A stretch of DNA of 64,000 nt, from positions 160,001-224,000 of the forward strand of contig JBALDB010000015.1 in NCBI GenBank assembly GCA_036918135.1, given 5' to 3'. Each line of letters starts with the position of its first letter. The stretch's first letter is position 1. Positions 31,747 through 43,582 of this stretch are shown here, piece by piece. A program made the translations under genes and the position numbers. This stretch comes from Nostoc sp. (GTDB taxonomy: Bacteria; Cyanobacteriota; Cyanobacteriia; Cyanobacteriales; Nostocaceae). The notes below the pieces were generated by a model, which was given only the letters and a program-made list of their open reading frames with translations, had not been told where the DNA came from and searched no databases.

Positions 31747-32577
31747 ATGGAAGCTTCTGAGCTGTTAGAAACAATTACACTCCTAATTCATCAAGCCCAG
31801 CAGGGGGAAATTGACCCTTGGGATGTGCAAGTGATTGAGGTGATTGACCGTTACTTAGAACTAATGGCACCACAGACAATAAAAAAAGGCTATGAAGCAG
31901 ACTTATCTCAATCTGGACAAGCCTTTTTATCCGCGTCAATGCTGGTATTATTCAAGGCTAATACTTTAATACAATTGTCAACAGTAGAAGAAGAAAAATA
32001 TAATGTAGTAGATAATACTTTACCGAAAGATGAAGACGGTATATTACATCAGGGTCATCGTTTACCATTAGAACGACAATTGCGTCGTCGTCCAGCGGCA
32101 ATGCCACCGCCAAAACGCCGGGTAACTCTGCAAGAGTTAATCGAGCAATTACAGATTATGGCCAACCAGCTCAAACTTGTAGACAAAACCAGTAAACCTG
32201 TCCGTCCCAAGCGTCAGCCTAGCATCCAAAGTATGCGCGAGGCTCTAGAACTGGCTCACCAAGAAAATTTAACACAAGTAGCTGGAGAACTTGAGCAGGT
32301 AATGAAATTATCTACTAAAGAGCTATGTTTAGAAGAAAATTGCTTAAGTTTAGAACAACTTGTGCAGTTGTGGACTCAGACAAGACAATCATCTCAAAAC
32401 GGGTCTGGACATCAGTCTAAACACTCTCACCTAGTTAGCGTTTTCTGGGCGCTATTACTACTCTCAGCTCAATCCAAGGTAGAGCTATTTCAAGAGGAAT
32501 TTTATGATGAGATTAAAGTTCGCTTACTTACAGATTCGGCCAATACCTGTAAACCTTTTGAGCAATCAATGAACTAA
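31747..32577 (+). CDS. scpA: Segregation/condensation protein A
   Basis: GEIDPWDVQVIEVID, ASMLVLFKA, VTLQELI, FWALLLL..QSKVELFQEEFY. Confidence 0.9.
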   Translation: MEASELLETITLLIHQAQQGEIDPWDVQVIEVIDRYLELMAPQTIKKGYEADLSQSGQAFLSASMLVLFKANTLIQLSTVEEEKYNVVDNTLPKDEDGILHQGHRLPLERQLRRRPAAMPPPKRRVTLQELIEQLQIMANQLKLVDKTSKPVRPKRQPSIQSMREALELAHQENLTQVAGELEQVMKLSTKELCLEENCLSLEQLVQLWTQTRQSSQNGSGHQSKHSHLVSVFWALLLLSAQSKVELFQEEFYDEIKVRLLTDSANTCKPFEQSMN

Positions 32578-32615
32578 GGAAGCCAAAACTGCCTTTATAA
32601 ATGAATGTCACTTAC

Positions 32616-32715
32616 TATAGCCGTAGTCACACCCTTAAGGACATAATGACAGTTAGGAACAGTAATAGTTTTACCTCCAGCAAGAACTGCCTTCTCTCTC
32701 CTGCCTCCTGCTATA
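32616..32715 (-). mobile_element. ~100-bp TA-flanked MITE-like dispersed repeat, copy B
   Basis: TATAGCCGTAGTCACA...AACAGTAATAGTTTTAC...CCTCCTGCTATA; reverse complement of copies A and C. Confidence 0.72.
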
Positions 32716-33013
32716 AATTCGCTGGATTTAGATCCCCGACTCTTGAATAAATCAGGGATCTGGGCAACAACATTTACTTGAGTAAATATTATTTATCTAT
32801 AGAGATAATTAACAGATTTTTGCTTCAGCCCCAAAATCCGAGTAAATTGAAAAGATAAGCGATCGCTTGTCATCTAAGTGTACCTATGGTTGCAATAACC
32901 ACTAAATTACTGTTATCCCTGTTTGGAGGGATAACTTACAGCAGAAATAAAAACTGATGATTAAGTATCACCCGATGAAAGTAAACTGGCTTGTGGTTGA
33001 GGAATAAACTTTT

Positions 33014-34183
33014 ATGAAAGCGATGATTCTCGCAGCTGGTAAGGGTACTCGCGTGCGTCCGATTACGTACACTATGCCCAAACCGATGATGCCCATCCTG
33101 CAAAAGCCAGTGATGGAATTCTTGCTGGAACTATTACGCCAACATGGATTTGACCAAATTCTGGTTAATGTTAGTCATTTGGCTGAGGAAATAGAAAACT
33201 ATTTTCGTGACGGTCAGCGGTTTGGCGTACAAATTGCCTATTCTTTTGAAGGGAAAATAGATGACGACGGTAAACTAGTAGGCGAAGCCATTGGTTCAGC
33301 TGGAGGAATGCGGCGCATTCAAGACTTTTCACCGTTTTTTGATGATACTTTTATCGTGTTGTGCGGTGATGCTTTGATTGACCTAGATTTAACTGCGGCA
33401 GTTAAATGGCATAGAGATAAAGGGTCGATCGCTACTATTATTACAAAATCTGTCCCCAAGGAAGAAGTTTCTAGCTACGGTGTGGTTGTTACTGACGAAG
33501 AAGGTCGCGTGAAAGCTTTCCAAGAAAAACCTTCAACTGAAGAAGCCCTCAGTACCAACATCAACACAGGTATTTATATCTTTGAACCAGAGGTATTTAA
33601 CTATATTCCTTCTGGCGTTGAGTATGACATTGGTAGCCAATTGTTCCCTAAATTAGTGGAAATCAAAGCTCCCTTTCATGCCATCCCTATGGACTTTGAA
33701 TGGGTAGATATTGGTAAAGTACCAGATTATTGGCGGGCAATTCGCGGTGTACTGCTAGGTGAAATCAAAAATGTGCAAATTCCTGGTCATGAAGTTGCCC
33801 CTGGGATCTACACTGGTTTAAATGTTGCTGTCGATTGGGACAAAGTAGAGATCGCAGGCCCAGTTTATATTGGTGGGATGACAAGAATAGAAGACGGAGC
33901 TAAAATTGTCGGCCCAGCAATGATTGGCCCCAATTGTTGGATATGTAGTGGCGCAACAGTAGAAAACAGCGTGATTTTTGAATGGTCGCGCCTCGGCCCC
34001 GGAGTCCGCTTAGTAGATAAGTTAGTGTTTGGACGTTACTGCGTCGATAAAACTGGCGCTGCAATTGATGTTCAAGCCGCAGCTTTAGACTGGCTGATTA
34101 CCGATGCCCGTCAGACATTACCATCCCATACCCCTCTTGAGCGACAAGCAATAGAGGAATTACTGGGGACAAGCGCGAATTAG
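33014..34183 (+). CDS. cugP: Sugar-phosphate nucleotidyltransferase (probable cyanobacterial UDP-glucose pyrophosphorylase CugP)
   Basis: MKAMILAAGKGTRVRPIT, FQEKP, WVDIG and a C-terminal left-handed beta-helix. Confidence 0.8.
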   Translation: MKAMILAAGKGTRVRPITYTMPKPMMPILQKPVMEFLLELLRQHGFDQILVNVSHLAEEIENYFRDGQRFGVQIAYSFEGKIDDDGKLVGEAIGSAGGMRRIQDFSPFFDDTFIVLCGDALIDLDLTAAVKWHRDKGSIATIITKSVPKEEVSSYGVVVTDEEGRVKAFQEKPSTEEALSTNINTGIYIFEPEVFNYIPSGVEYDIGSQLFPKLVEIKAPFHAIPMDFEWVDIGKVPDYWRAIRGVLLGEIKNVQIPGHEVAPGIYTGLNVAVDWDKVEIAGPVYIGGMTRIEDGAKIVGPAMIGPNCWICSGATVENSVIFEWSRLGPGVRLVDKLVFGRYCVDKTGAAIDVQAAALDWLITDARQTLPSHTPLERQAIEELLGTSAN

Positions 34184-34418
34184 GGAATGGGGCATTGGGC
34201 AAACAGGAAGTGTGGGAGGAAAAGGAGGTGTGGGAGGATGGGGAAGAAAAGGAGGTGTGGGAGGAAAAGGGGGTGTGGGAGGATAGGGAAGAAATCTTTC
34301 CCCCCTTTCTCCCCACACTCCCCCATCTCCTCATCTTTTCCCCCATCTCCACACACTCCCTACACTCCCCACACTTCCCACACTTCCCACACTTCCCATC
34401 TCTCTATTCCCCAATCCC
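34184..34418. repeat. Long purine/pyrimidine inverted tandem-repeat block between convergent genes
   Basis: GTGTGGGAGGA units followed by CCCACACTT/CCCACACTC 9-mers. Confidence 0.85.
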
Positions 34419-36433
34419 TAACTATTTAAATACGTATATCTTCTAAGACTTTGTTCGTAGGTTTGTAGTAGTCGCTGAGACTCTGCTAGAGTAATGCGCT
34501 TTTCCTCTAAAGCTTGTTCGCAGCGTTGGCGAATGTTTTCTACCATATCTTCGGAGTCATACTGAACGTAGCTGACTACTTCGCTCATAGTGTCGCCTTT
34601 GACTACGTGTTCGATTTGGTAGCCTTTAGGCGTCAATTGGATGTGAACGGCATTGGTATCGCCGAATAAATTGTGCAAATTACCCATGATTTCCTGGTAA
34701 GCTCCATTGAGGAACATGCCCAAATAATAGGGTTCTCCTGCTTTGTATGGGTGGAGTTCTAAAACCGATTTGACATCCCGCAGGTCAATAAAGCGGTCGA
34801 TTTTACCATCACTGTCGCAGGTAAGGTCTGCTAAAATTCCCCGCCGTGTTGGTTCTTTATCCAAGCGGTGGATTGGCATGATCGGAAATAGCTGGTCGAT
34901 CGCCCAGCAATCTGGTGCTGATTGGAACACTGACATATTTACGTAATAGATGGAAGCCATGATTTTCTCTAAGTCTTCCAACTCATCTGGTACGTATTCT
35001 TGCTGTCTGGTAATGTTTAAAATCTTTTGACAACAAGCCCAGTAAAGCCGTTCGGCTTTTGCTCGTTCTCTAAGACGTAAAATTCCCAAGTTAAAGCGGC
35101 TGATGGCTTCTTCTTTGAATTGTGCTGCGTCGTGGTACAGTTCTTGGTAATTTTCTTTGTTAATCGATTGGTAGCTTTCCCAAAGGTAATTAATGATTGG
35201 GGATTCTCCCTCTTGTGGTGGTTCTGGCGGATCGAGGGGGACATCACTGGTACTGAGAACGTCAAAAATCAATACCGACTGATGAGAAGCGATCGCTCGT
35301 CCACTTTCACTAATCAGTGTTGGTACGCTAATTTGTCGTTCTGCACAAGTATCTTTTAACTCTGCTACAATGTCGTTGGCATAGTTCTGCATGTTGTAAT
35401 TTTTTGATGCGTAGAAGTTGGTTTGGGAACCGTCGTAATCTACACCCAAGCCACCACCTACATCGAGGTATTTCATGTCTGCACCTAGCATCGCCAATTC
35501 GACGTAAATACGGCTGGCTTCTTGGATGGCATCTTTAATCACATTAATGGCAGATATTTGTGAGCCGATATGGAAGTGCATCAACTGTAAAGAATCCAGC
35601 AGTTTAGCATCCCGTAGCTTATCAACTGCCTCGATTACCTCAGGCATAGTCAAACCAAATTTAGCGCGATCGCCGCTGGAGGTTCCCCAACGTCCCATAC
35701 CTTGGGTACTGAGTTTTGCCCGAACGCCCAAAATCGGCTTAATACCTAACTGGCGGTTGGCTGCAATTACCAAATCCACCTCTTCAATCTGTTCTATAAC
35801 GATGATTGGTGTTTGCCCTAGTCTTTGGGCTAACATTGCGGTTTCAATGTATTCCTGGTCTTTGTAGCCATTGCAAACTAATAATGCTCCCGGCGTATCC
35901 AAGATGGCTAGAGCAATCATTAATTCCGGCTTGGAACCGGCTTCTAAACCAAATTGATGCGGCTTGCCAAATTTGACTAAATCCTCAATCAAATGCCGCT
36001 CTTGGTTGCACTTGACAGGAAACACGCCACGATAAACACCAGGGTAATTGTAACGAGCGATCGCTTTGGCAAAACAAGCATTCAACCGCTCAATTCGGTC
36101 TTCTAAAATATCAGAAAAGCGAATTAGCATGGGTAGTCCCAAGTTGCGCTGCTTCAAGGCGTTGACTAATTCAAACAAATCTAGAGAACCCCCACGATCG
36201 CCTTTAGGCGCAACAGTGACATGACCAGCAGCGTTAATGGAAAAATAAGGTTGTCCCCAACCTTCAATGCGATACAAGGCTTCGCTATCCTCGATTTTCC
36301 AAGAGTGAGGTAAATCTCCTGTGGTAGTACTAGGTGGTAAAAAGTTTTTTTGCTTATGATTTTTCACTTCAGATTTATGTCCATTGGACGGTAGTACTAC
36401 CTCGTCAGATGCAGCAGTTGACTCAACACCCAT
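34418..36433 (-). CDS. speA: Biosynthetic arginine decarboxylase
   Basis: FPVKCNQ (PLP Lys), LEAGSKPEL, HFHIGSQI, DVGGGLGVDYDG, DLTCDSDG. Confidence 0.97.
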   Translation of the reverse strand: MGVESTAASDEVVLPSNGHKSEVKNHKQKNFLPPSTTTGDLPHSWKIEDSEALYRIEGWGQPYFSINAAGHVTVAPKGDRGGSLDLFELVNALKQRNLGLPMLIRFSDILEDRIERLNACFAKAIARYNYPGVYRGVFPVKCNQERHLIEDLVKFGKPHQFGLEAGSKPELMIALAILDTPGALLVCNGYKDQEYIETAMLAQRLGQTPIIVIEQIEEVDLVIAANRQLGIKPILGVRAKLSTQGMGRWGTSSGDRAKFGLTMPEVIEAVDKLRDAKLLDSLQLMHFHIGSQISAINVIKDAIQEASRIYVELAMLGADMKYLDVGGGLGVDYDGSQTNFYASKNYNMQNYANDIVAELKDTCAERQISVPTLISESGRAIASHQSVLIFDVLSTSDVPLDPPEPPQEGESPIINYLWESYQSINKENYQELYHDAAQFKEEAISRFNLGILRLRERAKAERLYWACCQKILNITRQQEYVPDELEDLEKIMASIYYVNMSVFQSAPDCWAIDQLFPIMPIHRLDKEPTRRGILADLTCDSDGKIDRFIDLRDVKSVLELHPYKAGEPYYLGMFLNGAYQEIMGNLHNLFGDTNAVHIQLTPKGYQIEHVVKGDTMSEVVSYVQYDSEDMVENIRQRCEQALEEKRITLAESQRLLQTYEQSLRRYTYLNS

Positions 36434-36699
36434 TTCTTCCTAACCTCTGTGTTTCACCCACGAATTAACAATTTAGCGCATTCGTCTAGCAACAGATATG
36501 CACCCAAGGTTAATTTCTGAGATAAACTCTGATTGGTCAAGAGTCATGTGTTATTAGTCATTAGTCATAGTCATGAGTGCAAAACCCTGGGACAAAGGAC
36601 GAAGGACAAACAGTGAAGTCACCAGCGCCAAAAGCCTACGCTGATAACTTCAAAGACAATTGACCAAATAAAAACTTTACTAAGTTTTGGGAGATAGCT

Positions 36700-37149
36700 T
36701 TGGAACGCACATTCTTAGCAATTAAACCTGATGGTGTACAGCGCAAATTAGTAGGTGAAATTGTTCGTCGCTTTGAAACTAAGGGTTTTACCTTAGTTGG
36801 TTTGAAGTTTCTGAAAGTCAGTCGGGAATTAGCTGAACAACACTATGATGTCCACCGAGAACGTCCATTTTTTGGTGGCTTAGTGGAATTTATTACTTCT
36901 GCGCCTGTAGTGGCGATGGTATGGGAAGGAGATGGCGTCGTTGCGGCTGCCAGAAAAATCATTGGTGCAACAAACCCTTTATCAGCCGAACCAGGAACAA
37001 TTCGCGGCGATTTTGGCATAAATATTGGCCGCAACTTGATCCACGGTTCCGATGCTCAAGAAACCGCCCAACGAGAAATAGCTTTGTGGTTTAAGGATGA
37101 AGAATTAGTTAATTGGCAACCGCATTTAACACCCTGGTTGCACGAGTAG
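36700..37149 (+). CDS. ndk: Nucleoside diphosphate kinase
   Basis: [31 protein letters not shown] start with GGAG RBS. Confidence 0.97.
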   Translation: MERTFLAIKPDGVQRKLVGEIVRRFETKGFTLVGLKFLKVSRELAEQHYDVHRERPFFGGLVEFITSAPVVAMVWEGDGVVAAARKIIGATNPLSAEPGTIRGDFGINIGRNLIHGSDAQETAQREIALWFKDEELVNWQPHLTPWLHE

Positions 37150-37282
37150 GAAGAGGCGAAGAGGACATAGAAACGAGGAGACACGGGAACGCGGGGAAGG
37201 AAGAGTATGTGCAGAGTGAAACACAAAGTGAAGCTTTTAAATAATTCTCCCCATCACCACGTCCCCGTGTCCCCGCGTCCTC

Positions 37283-38005
37283 TTACTTCGGTACTTCAGT
37301 CTTTTCTGGTTCTACTTGGGGTAATTCGATGTCAACACGCTTAGAAAATCCCCATCCTAAAATTAGGAAGATGGCTGTAATCATTACCCATTCTGGTGGG
37401 ACTAAACTATCGTTAACTACTTTTAAGAACAGTCGCAAGCCTACTAAAGCTACAGTTATATAGCCCGCATCTGCTAGATTTTCATATTCGTCTAGCCAAC
37501 GGATAAACAATCCTGCCATGAATCGCAGCGTAATAATACCAATTGTTGCACCCGTCAGCACTAACCACCTTTCTTGAGAAACAGCGATCGCAGTTGTTAC
37601 GCTATCTAACGAAAATGCTAAATCTGTAAATGCAATCACGGGTATAGCTTGCCACAAAGAGTTAAAACGCGGCCCGTGATGGCGATCGTCGCTGGTTTCT
37701 TGTGAGCTAAAGTGTTGGAATACTAGCCATAGCAGGTAAGCAGCGCCCAATAATTCAAATTGCCAGAATTTTTGTACCCAAGTGGCGGTAAGAATAAGGC
37801 TGATTCGCAGTACATAAGCAACAACTAAACCAAAGTTTAAAGCTTTACGCTCAAGTTCTTTGTCTTCTAACCCTTGGGCGATAGCAGCCAAGGCGATGGC
37901 ATTGTCAGCAGATAGCACCGCCTCTAAAAACACTAAGATTAGCAGGACTATCGGGGCTTCAACGCTGAAATGAAAGTGGAGGTAATCAAAAATTCGGTCT
38001 AGCAT
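37283..38005 (-). CDS. TerC family membrane protein
   Basis: LEAVLSADNA, DLAFSLDSV; ATG 38005 preferred. Confidence 0.92.
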   Translation of the reverse strand: MLDRIFDYLHFHFSVEAPIVLLILVFLEAVLSADNAIALAAIAQGLEDKELERKALNFGLVVAYVLRISLILTATWVQKFWQFELLGAAYLLWLVFQHFSSQETSDDRHHGPRFNSLWQAIPVIAFTDLAFSLDSVTTAIAVSQERWLVLTGATIGIITLRFMAGLFIRWLDEYENLADAGYITVALVGLRLFLKVVNDSLVPPEWVMITAIFLILGWGFSKRVDIELPQVEPEKTEVPK

Positions 38006-38231
38006 TCCAAGTTTCTCAAGCAGGAAAAAATTAAAATTTGACAGGAACAGAGATTTTCTTATTTCAAGAGCGCAATAAATTGCCACTTTTAATCCAGCTT
38101 AACCTGGTTGTGATGCATTCTGAAGTGGGTTGGATAGATGCGAGCGCCGTACAAAGTATATATTTATGGTGTAAGTTAATACACTACAAGTTTTAATATT
38201 TTTCTTAATGTGATGTCAAAAATAATAAGTA

Positions 38232-38322
38232 ATACCAATTCAAAATTCACGCATTAAGAAAGCCAGACAGAACAAAGGTATGTCTGTATGTATCTGTCGC
38301 ATTCTTTTTTCAAATTGGTGTA
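38232..38322. mobile_element. MITE-like element, ACCAATT-ended family
   Basis: ATACCAATTCAAAA...TTTTTTCAAATTGGTGTA imperfect terminal inverted repeats. Confidence 0.5.
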
Positions 38323-38551
38323 AACTAGGGCTTTAATTCATAAAACTTATTTTCAACTTATGAATTAACGAGTTTTAGTCACTAAAACTCGTTCTGGAGT
38401 TATAAATGCTTCTTCTGTAGTTATAAGTAGATCGACTTAATTAGACATAAAACAATAGTAGGGTGGAATGTCACTCATTTAAGTTTTTCTATTTGTTCTT
38501 CCACTCTACTTACTGCTACTGGAACTTCTTTCCCATACCCAATGCCTTAAT

Positions 38552-40222
38552 TCAAAAAGGTGGTAATTCTTTAAGAATTGTAAACCGAATATGATTAATC
38601 GCCAGATCTCCTATGGGAATATCTTCTTTAGTTAACCGCGCACCTTGACTGGTTAAAGTTTCAAAGGAGATACCCTTACCAATTTCAATGTGATACCAGC
38701 ACAAGCCCATAAAAAAGCGTGTAGGATATGGCCCACCGTGACCCACATCATCAGGATTCGATTCCATTGGCAACCAACCAAAATTCGGTACGTAGAACTC
38801 TAGCCAAACATGATTAAAGTCAGGTTGTAATGGTACACCTTGGTGTTCGGCATTGGGAGGACATTTATACCTACCAACTGTGCGACAGGGAATACCATTC
38901 AAGCGGCATAGAGCGAGTAGAACACCAACATATTCACCACAGGAACCAACACCGCGTTCTAAAACTATATCAGGAGTATCTATATAAGGTTTGATACCAT
39001 AAGATAACTCATCATAGACATAATTACGGATATTATACATTTTCCGCAGCACATTGGTTTCAGAACCAATTGCTTCTCTGGCGGCACGTCGGACAATGGT
39101 AGTATCCATTGCTAAGTCGTCATCGTCCACTAGGTAGCGGGTTTGCAATTCTGGTGAAAGTTCCGGTATATTTTCCACATCTTTGGGTGTGATGCGATAC
39201 TTAATTCCCCTAACTTCTAGAAGTGCTTTCCAGCCAAATACATGACGTTCTCCTGGGGTAAGAGCATCAAATTTAAATACTGCGACACGTTGCCCATCTA
39301 CAACTTCTTCGGTGAAGGGTATACCAATGGGTTCAACATGTTTTACTTTTTGACGCTCGGTTTGAGATGGTAAAGCAATGCGCCATTCTACATTTGGTAA
39401 ATATACCTCATCTAAGGGAGCAATTTCTTCAGCATAGGACATTTCGATCAGATAGCCATTAGAGAGGGCGTAGCGCTTATCTGGTTCGTAATGATAATAC
39501 AGGGGGTGAATAAAAGTGCGATCGCGGTAGGTTAGCTCGTGATTTGGGTCAGCATTTGGGTTATCGCGGATATAAGGCTCCTCAGAGGCGTAGGCGACAT
39601 ACAGACTTTGTTTTCCTGTATCGCCATCAAGATGGATTGCTATACCCGTAGGCGATTCAAACGGAGTCAGAACACTGAATTTAAGTTCTCCAGTTGCCCT
39701 GTCCATTGCGTAAACTGTTTGTTCTGTGCGATCGCAAATCCACAACATTTCCTCACTAACTGCCAAATTTTCTACTCCAACTCCAGGAGCAGAAAATCTG
39801 GTAATTTCTTTTCGGGTTTCCCGGTCAAAAATCAGAATATAGCCTAACCTTTGACAGCTAATGTAGACTGTTGTTTCCCAAACAGCGACCCCGTTGGCAT
39901 CATAAGGCAATGTTACGAAATGTTCCAGACCCAAGGCATTGAGCTTACACAAATAAACACTGCGATCGCGACTCACCCACAGAGTATCTTCCCAAATCGC
40001 TAAACCAGTGACATCGCAAAATTCCTTAACTTGATGCGGATTGAGAATTTTACTGTTGTCAGAGGTGGGATCGATTTCCAGTAGATGCCCTTTTAAACTG
40101 TCAATGGCAATTAGTCTATCTTTCATGAAAGCAATACCGCAGAGGGTAGCAGCAGTAAGCGGTCGAATTGTTTTTTGCCCAAACATCTGGCTAGCAGTCA
40201 AAGTGGGGAGTACAAAACTCAT
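38552..40222 (-). CDS. Transglutaminase-like protein with an N-terminal beta-propeller-like repeat region
   Basis: GSCGEY (Cys), NGIPCRTVG, NHVWLEFY (His), GWLPME; N-terminal GLAIW/GVAVW/NLAV/GIAI repeats. Confidence 0.88.
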   Translation of the reverse strand: MSFVLPTLTASQMFGQKTIRPLTAATLCGIAFMKDRLIAIDSLKGHLLEIDPTSDNSKILNPHQVKEFCDVTGLAIWEDTLWVSRDRSVYLCKLNALGLEHFVTLPYDANGVAVWETTVYISCQRLGYILIFDRETRKEITRFSAPGVGVENLAVSEEMLWICDRTEQTVYAMDRATGELKFSVLTPFESPTGIAIHLDGDTGKQSLYVAYASEEPYIRDNPNADPNHELTYRDRTFIHPLYYHYEPDKRYALSNGYLIEMSYAEEIAPLDEVYLPNVEWRIALPSQTERQKVKHVEPIGIPFTEEVVDGQRVAVFKFDALTPGERHVFGWKALLEVRGIKYRITPKDVENIPELSPELQTRYLVDDDDLAMDTTIVRRAAREAIGSETNVLRKMYNIRNYVYDELSYGIKPYIDTPDIVLERGVGSCGEYVGVLLALCRLNGIPCRTVGRYKCPPNAEHQGVPLQPDFNHVWLEFYVPNFGWLPMESNPDDVGHGGPYPTRFFMGLCWYHIEIGKGISFETLTSQGARLTKEDIPIGDLAINHIRFTILKELPPF

Positions 40223-40723
40223 ATTAAATATTTATTAAATGGTTTAGCACGTTTAAGCAGTTCCCAATTCGTTTAGAAAAGTTTGCTACAAACGGCAACC
40301 CGGCTGGCAACTTGACCTAATTCCAAATCAAGAAATGCGATGATGCCATGTATCCTGGCTAATAACTCGATGCAAGTTTAAGCAACAGCAGCCTAAAAAT
40401 AATTGTGGCATATCCTCTGTAACCTAACTTTAGATTTATATTACTTACTATTATTCAGTACAATGTGTTACCAAAAACTCTTTCATAAGAAATAACACAT
40501 ATATGTCAGCAGAAGAGAAATTTGCAAATCTAAATATAGGCTTGACTGTTGAGTGTTAACCGTCAATAGTCAACATTCAACCTGAAATTTTATCCTTTTT
40601 CCGGAATGGGATGAGTTGAAAAAGTTGAGTATTACCTTAATGTAACTTTAGAAGATGGTTTTCCAGTTATCACTAAATTATGATTATGATCGAATTTTGT
40701 AACCATTTCCTGTGAATTACACG

Positions 40724-43582
40724 ATGTCTGCTAATTCTCTGCCTGAAGATGCCGCTGTTTGGCACAGTTTAGAAGTTGATAAGGCGCTAGACCTGCTTGA
40801 TAGTAACGCAGACAGTGGCTTAACATCCGAAGATATTCAACAAAGGTTGCAGAAATACGGCCCCAACGAACTCCAAGAAAATGCTGGTCGTAGTGCTTGG
40901 CAAATTCTGCTCGATCAGTTCAGCAACATTATGTTGTTGATGCTGATTGGTGTAGCTTTAATTTCTGGGTTTTTAGACCTATGGGCTTGGCGAACAGACA
41001 GTTTGAAGCCAGGTGAAGTGCCATTTAAAGATACCATCGCTATTTTAGCAATTGTTATCCTCAATGGCATACTCGGCTACGTCCAAGAAAGCCGTGCAGA
41101 AAAAGCACTAGCAGCCTTAAAAAAACTCACTTCTCCTTTAGTGCGAGTCATCCGCGACGCTAGACTGGTGGAGGTAGCAGCTAAGGAACTAGTCCCAGGA
41201 GATATGATGCTGCTGGAAGCTGGAATGCAGATAGCCGCAGATGGACGGTTGATCGAACAGTCCAATTTACAAGTGCGAGAGTCAGCACTGACTGGAGAAG
41301 CTGAAGCCGCCAATAAACAAGCAACACTAAATTTACCCGCAGAAACGGATTTAGGCGATCGCATCAATTTGGTATTCCAAGGAACCGAAGTTGTCCAAGG
41401 ACGCGGGAAGGTTCTGGTAACCAATACTGGCATGACAACAGAATTAGGCAAAATTGCTGCCATGTTGCAGTCGGTGGAAAGCGAACCTACGCCTTTACAA
41501 CAGCGAATGACTCAACTAGGCAATGTCTTAGTTTCGGGTTCTCTAATTCTCGTGGCAATTGTTGTCATCGGTGGTGTGATCGAGGCTAGAGGTTTTAGCA
41601 ATATCAAAGAACTTTTGGAAGTTTCCTTGAGTATGGCGGTTGCTGTCGTTCCAGAAGGTTTACCTGCGGTAATTACTGTTACCTTGGCATTGGGAACTCA
41701 GCGAATGGTGCGCCAGAATGCCTTGATTCGCAAACTGCCAGCAGTAGAAACATTAGGTTCTGTAACCACCATTTGTTCTGATAAAACCGGCACCCTGACT
41801 CAAAATAAAATGGTGGTGCAATCAGTTTTCACCAATGACAAAACTTTTCGTGTCACTGGAGAAGGTTATGCCCCCACCGGAGATTTTCTCTTAAATGGTG
41901 AAAAAGTTTTCCTAGAAGAGTCGCCAGAAATCTCAGCTTTGTCAGTCGCCTGTGCCGTTTGTAACGATTCGGTGCTGCAAAAAGAAAAAGGTGAATGGGC
42001 GATTTTAGGAGATCCTACAGAAGGGGCATTAGTCACCCTAGCAGGCAAAGCAGGAATCGAAAAAGATCAGTGGAATAGTAAGTTACCCCGCGTTAGGGAG
42101 TTTCCTTTCTCCTCCGAACGTAAGCGGATGAGCGTGATTTCTCAAGTGCAGTCAGTCGCCACAGGTGAAGCGTCTTTGAATGCCGTTGACCCTGCGATTG
42201 CTAATTTTTTACAATCTGAACCTTACTTAATGTTTACCAAAGGTTCGCCAGAGTTAATCTTAGGACGTTCCACTCAGATTTACTTGGGCGATCGCTCAAC
42301 GCAGTTAACCGAAGAACAACGTCAGAAAATTTTGGCAGAAAATGACCAAATGGCGAGCAAAGGTCTGCGGGTACTAGGTTTTGCCTACAAACCCCTCTCT
42401 GAGATTCCACTAGAAGGGTCAGACGACACATCCGAACAAGATATGGTGTGGCTGGGATTAGTGGGAATGCTCGATGCGCCACGCCCGGAAGTCAGGGCGG
42501 CTGTGCAAGAGTGTCGGCAAGCAGGAATTCGTCCAGTCATGATTACTGGTGACCACCAGTTAACAGCACGAGCGATCGCCACTGATTTGGGAATTGCCCA
42601 AGAAAATGACCGACTGCTTACAGGTCAAGAATTGCAGCGGATGAGCGACCAGGAATTAGAACAAAACGTTGATTTAGTCAGCATGTATGCTAGGGTTGCC
42701 CCAGAACACAAACTGCGAATTGTCCAAGCACTGCAACGTCGGGGTAGATTTGTGGCGATGACAGGTGATGGCGTCAACGATGCCCCAGCCCTCAAACAAG
42801 CTGATATCGGCATTGCAATGGGCATTACTGGCACTGATGTGAGTAAAGAAGCTAGTGACATGGTATTACTTGATGACAACTTCGCCACCATCGTCAGCGC
42901 CACCAAAGAAGGTAGAGTTGTTTATACCAATATTCGCCGCTTTATTAAATACATTCTGGGTAGTAACATTGGCGAAGTTCTGACAATTGCATCTGCGCCC
43001 TTAATCGGTTTGGGAGGCGTTCCGCTTACCCCTTTGCAAATTCTTTGGATGAATTTGGTAACAGACGGTTTACCAGCCCTAGCATTAGCTGTGGAACCTC
43101 CGGAACCGGATGTGATGCAACGTCCGCCTTTTAGTCCCCGCGAAAGTATTTTTGCTAGGGGATTGGGTTCTTATATGATTCGCATTGGCATCATCTTTGC
43201 GATTATCACTATTGCCTTGATGTGGTGGGCTTATCAACATACCCATGCCCGTGGCTATCAGGGAAATCCTGACGCTTGGAAAACGATGGTATTTACTACC
43301 TTGTGTATCGCTCAAATGGGTCACGCGATCGCTATTCGCTCCAACAACCGACTGACCATCGAAATGAATCCCTTTTCTAATATATTTGTACTAGCTGCTG
43401 TTGTCGTGACCACAATTTTACAGTTGCTACTAGTTTACGTCGAACCTCTGCGAGAGTTCTTTGGTACTCACTACCTGACTATGCAAGAATTGGGAGTTTG
43501 TATTGGCTTCAGTGCCTTGATGTTTGTCTGGATTGAATTAGAGAAGATATTCTTACGGATTGTGGGTAAGAAGGCTGTTTGA
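40724..43582 (+). CDS. Cation-transporting P-type ATPase (P2A, Ca2+-ATPase-like)
   Basis: LTGE, VPEGLP, DKTGTLT, KGSPE, MITGD, TGDGVND, NLVTDG. Confidence 0.96.
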   Translation: MSANSLPEDAAVWHSLEVDKALDLLDSNADSGLTSEDIQQRLQKYGPNELQENAGRSAWQILLDQFSNIMLLMLIGVALISGFLDLWAWRTDSLKPGEVPFKDTIAILAIVILNGILGYVQESRAEKALAALKKLTSPLVRVIRDARLVEVAAKELVPGDMMLLEAGMQIAADGRLIEQSNLQVRESALTGEAEAANKQATLNLPAETDLGDRINLVFQGTEVVQGRGKVLVTNTGMTTELGKIAAMLQSVESEPTPLQQRMTQLGNVLVSGSLILVAIVVIGGVIEARGFSNIKELLEVSLSMAVAVVPEGLPAVITVTLALGTQRMVRQNALIRKLPAVETLGSVTTICSDKTGTLTQNKMVVQSVFTNDKTFRVTGEGYAPTGDFLLNGEKVFLEESPEISALSVACAVCNDSVLQKEKGEWAILGDPTEGALVTLAGKAGIEKDQWNSKLPRVREFPFSSERKRMSVISQVQSVATGEASLNAVDPAIANFLQSEPYLMFTKGSPELILGRSTQIYLGDRSTQLTEEQRQKILAENDQMASKGLRVLGFAYKPLSEIPLEGSDDTSEQDMVWLGLVGMLDAPRPEVRAAVQECRQAGIRPVMITGDHQLTARAIATDLGIAQENDRLLTGQELQRMSDQELEQNVDLVSMYARVAPEHKLRIVQALQRRGRFVAMTGDGVNDAPALKQADIGIAMGITGTDVSKEASDMVLLDDNFATIVSATKEGRVVYTNIRRFIKYILGSNIGEVLTIASAPLIGLGGVPLTPLQILWMNLVTDGLPALALAVEPPEPDVMQRPPFSPRESIFARGLGSYMIRIGIIFAIITIALMWWAYQHTHARGYQGNPDAWKTMVFTTLCIAQMGHAIAIRSNNRLTIEMNPFSNIFVLAAVVVTTILQLLLVYVEPLREFFGTHYLTMQELGVCIGFSALMFVWIELEKIFLRIVGKKAV

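Noticed and set aside
34098..34446. Three 80-84-aa ORFs
   Set aside because: They are translations of the tandem-repeat block.
40458..40471. GTA-N8-TAC (NtcA-like site) between the transglutaminase and the ATPase
   Set aside because: No -10 box at canonical spacing on either strand; a 6-bp match is expected by chance many times in 64 kb.
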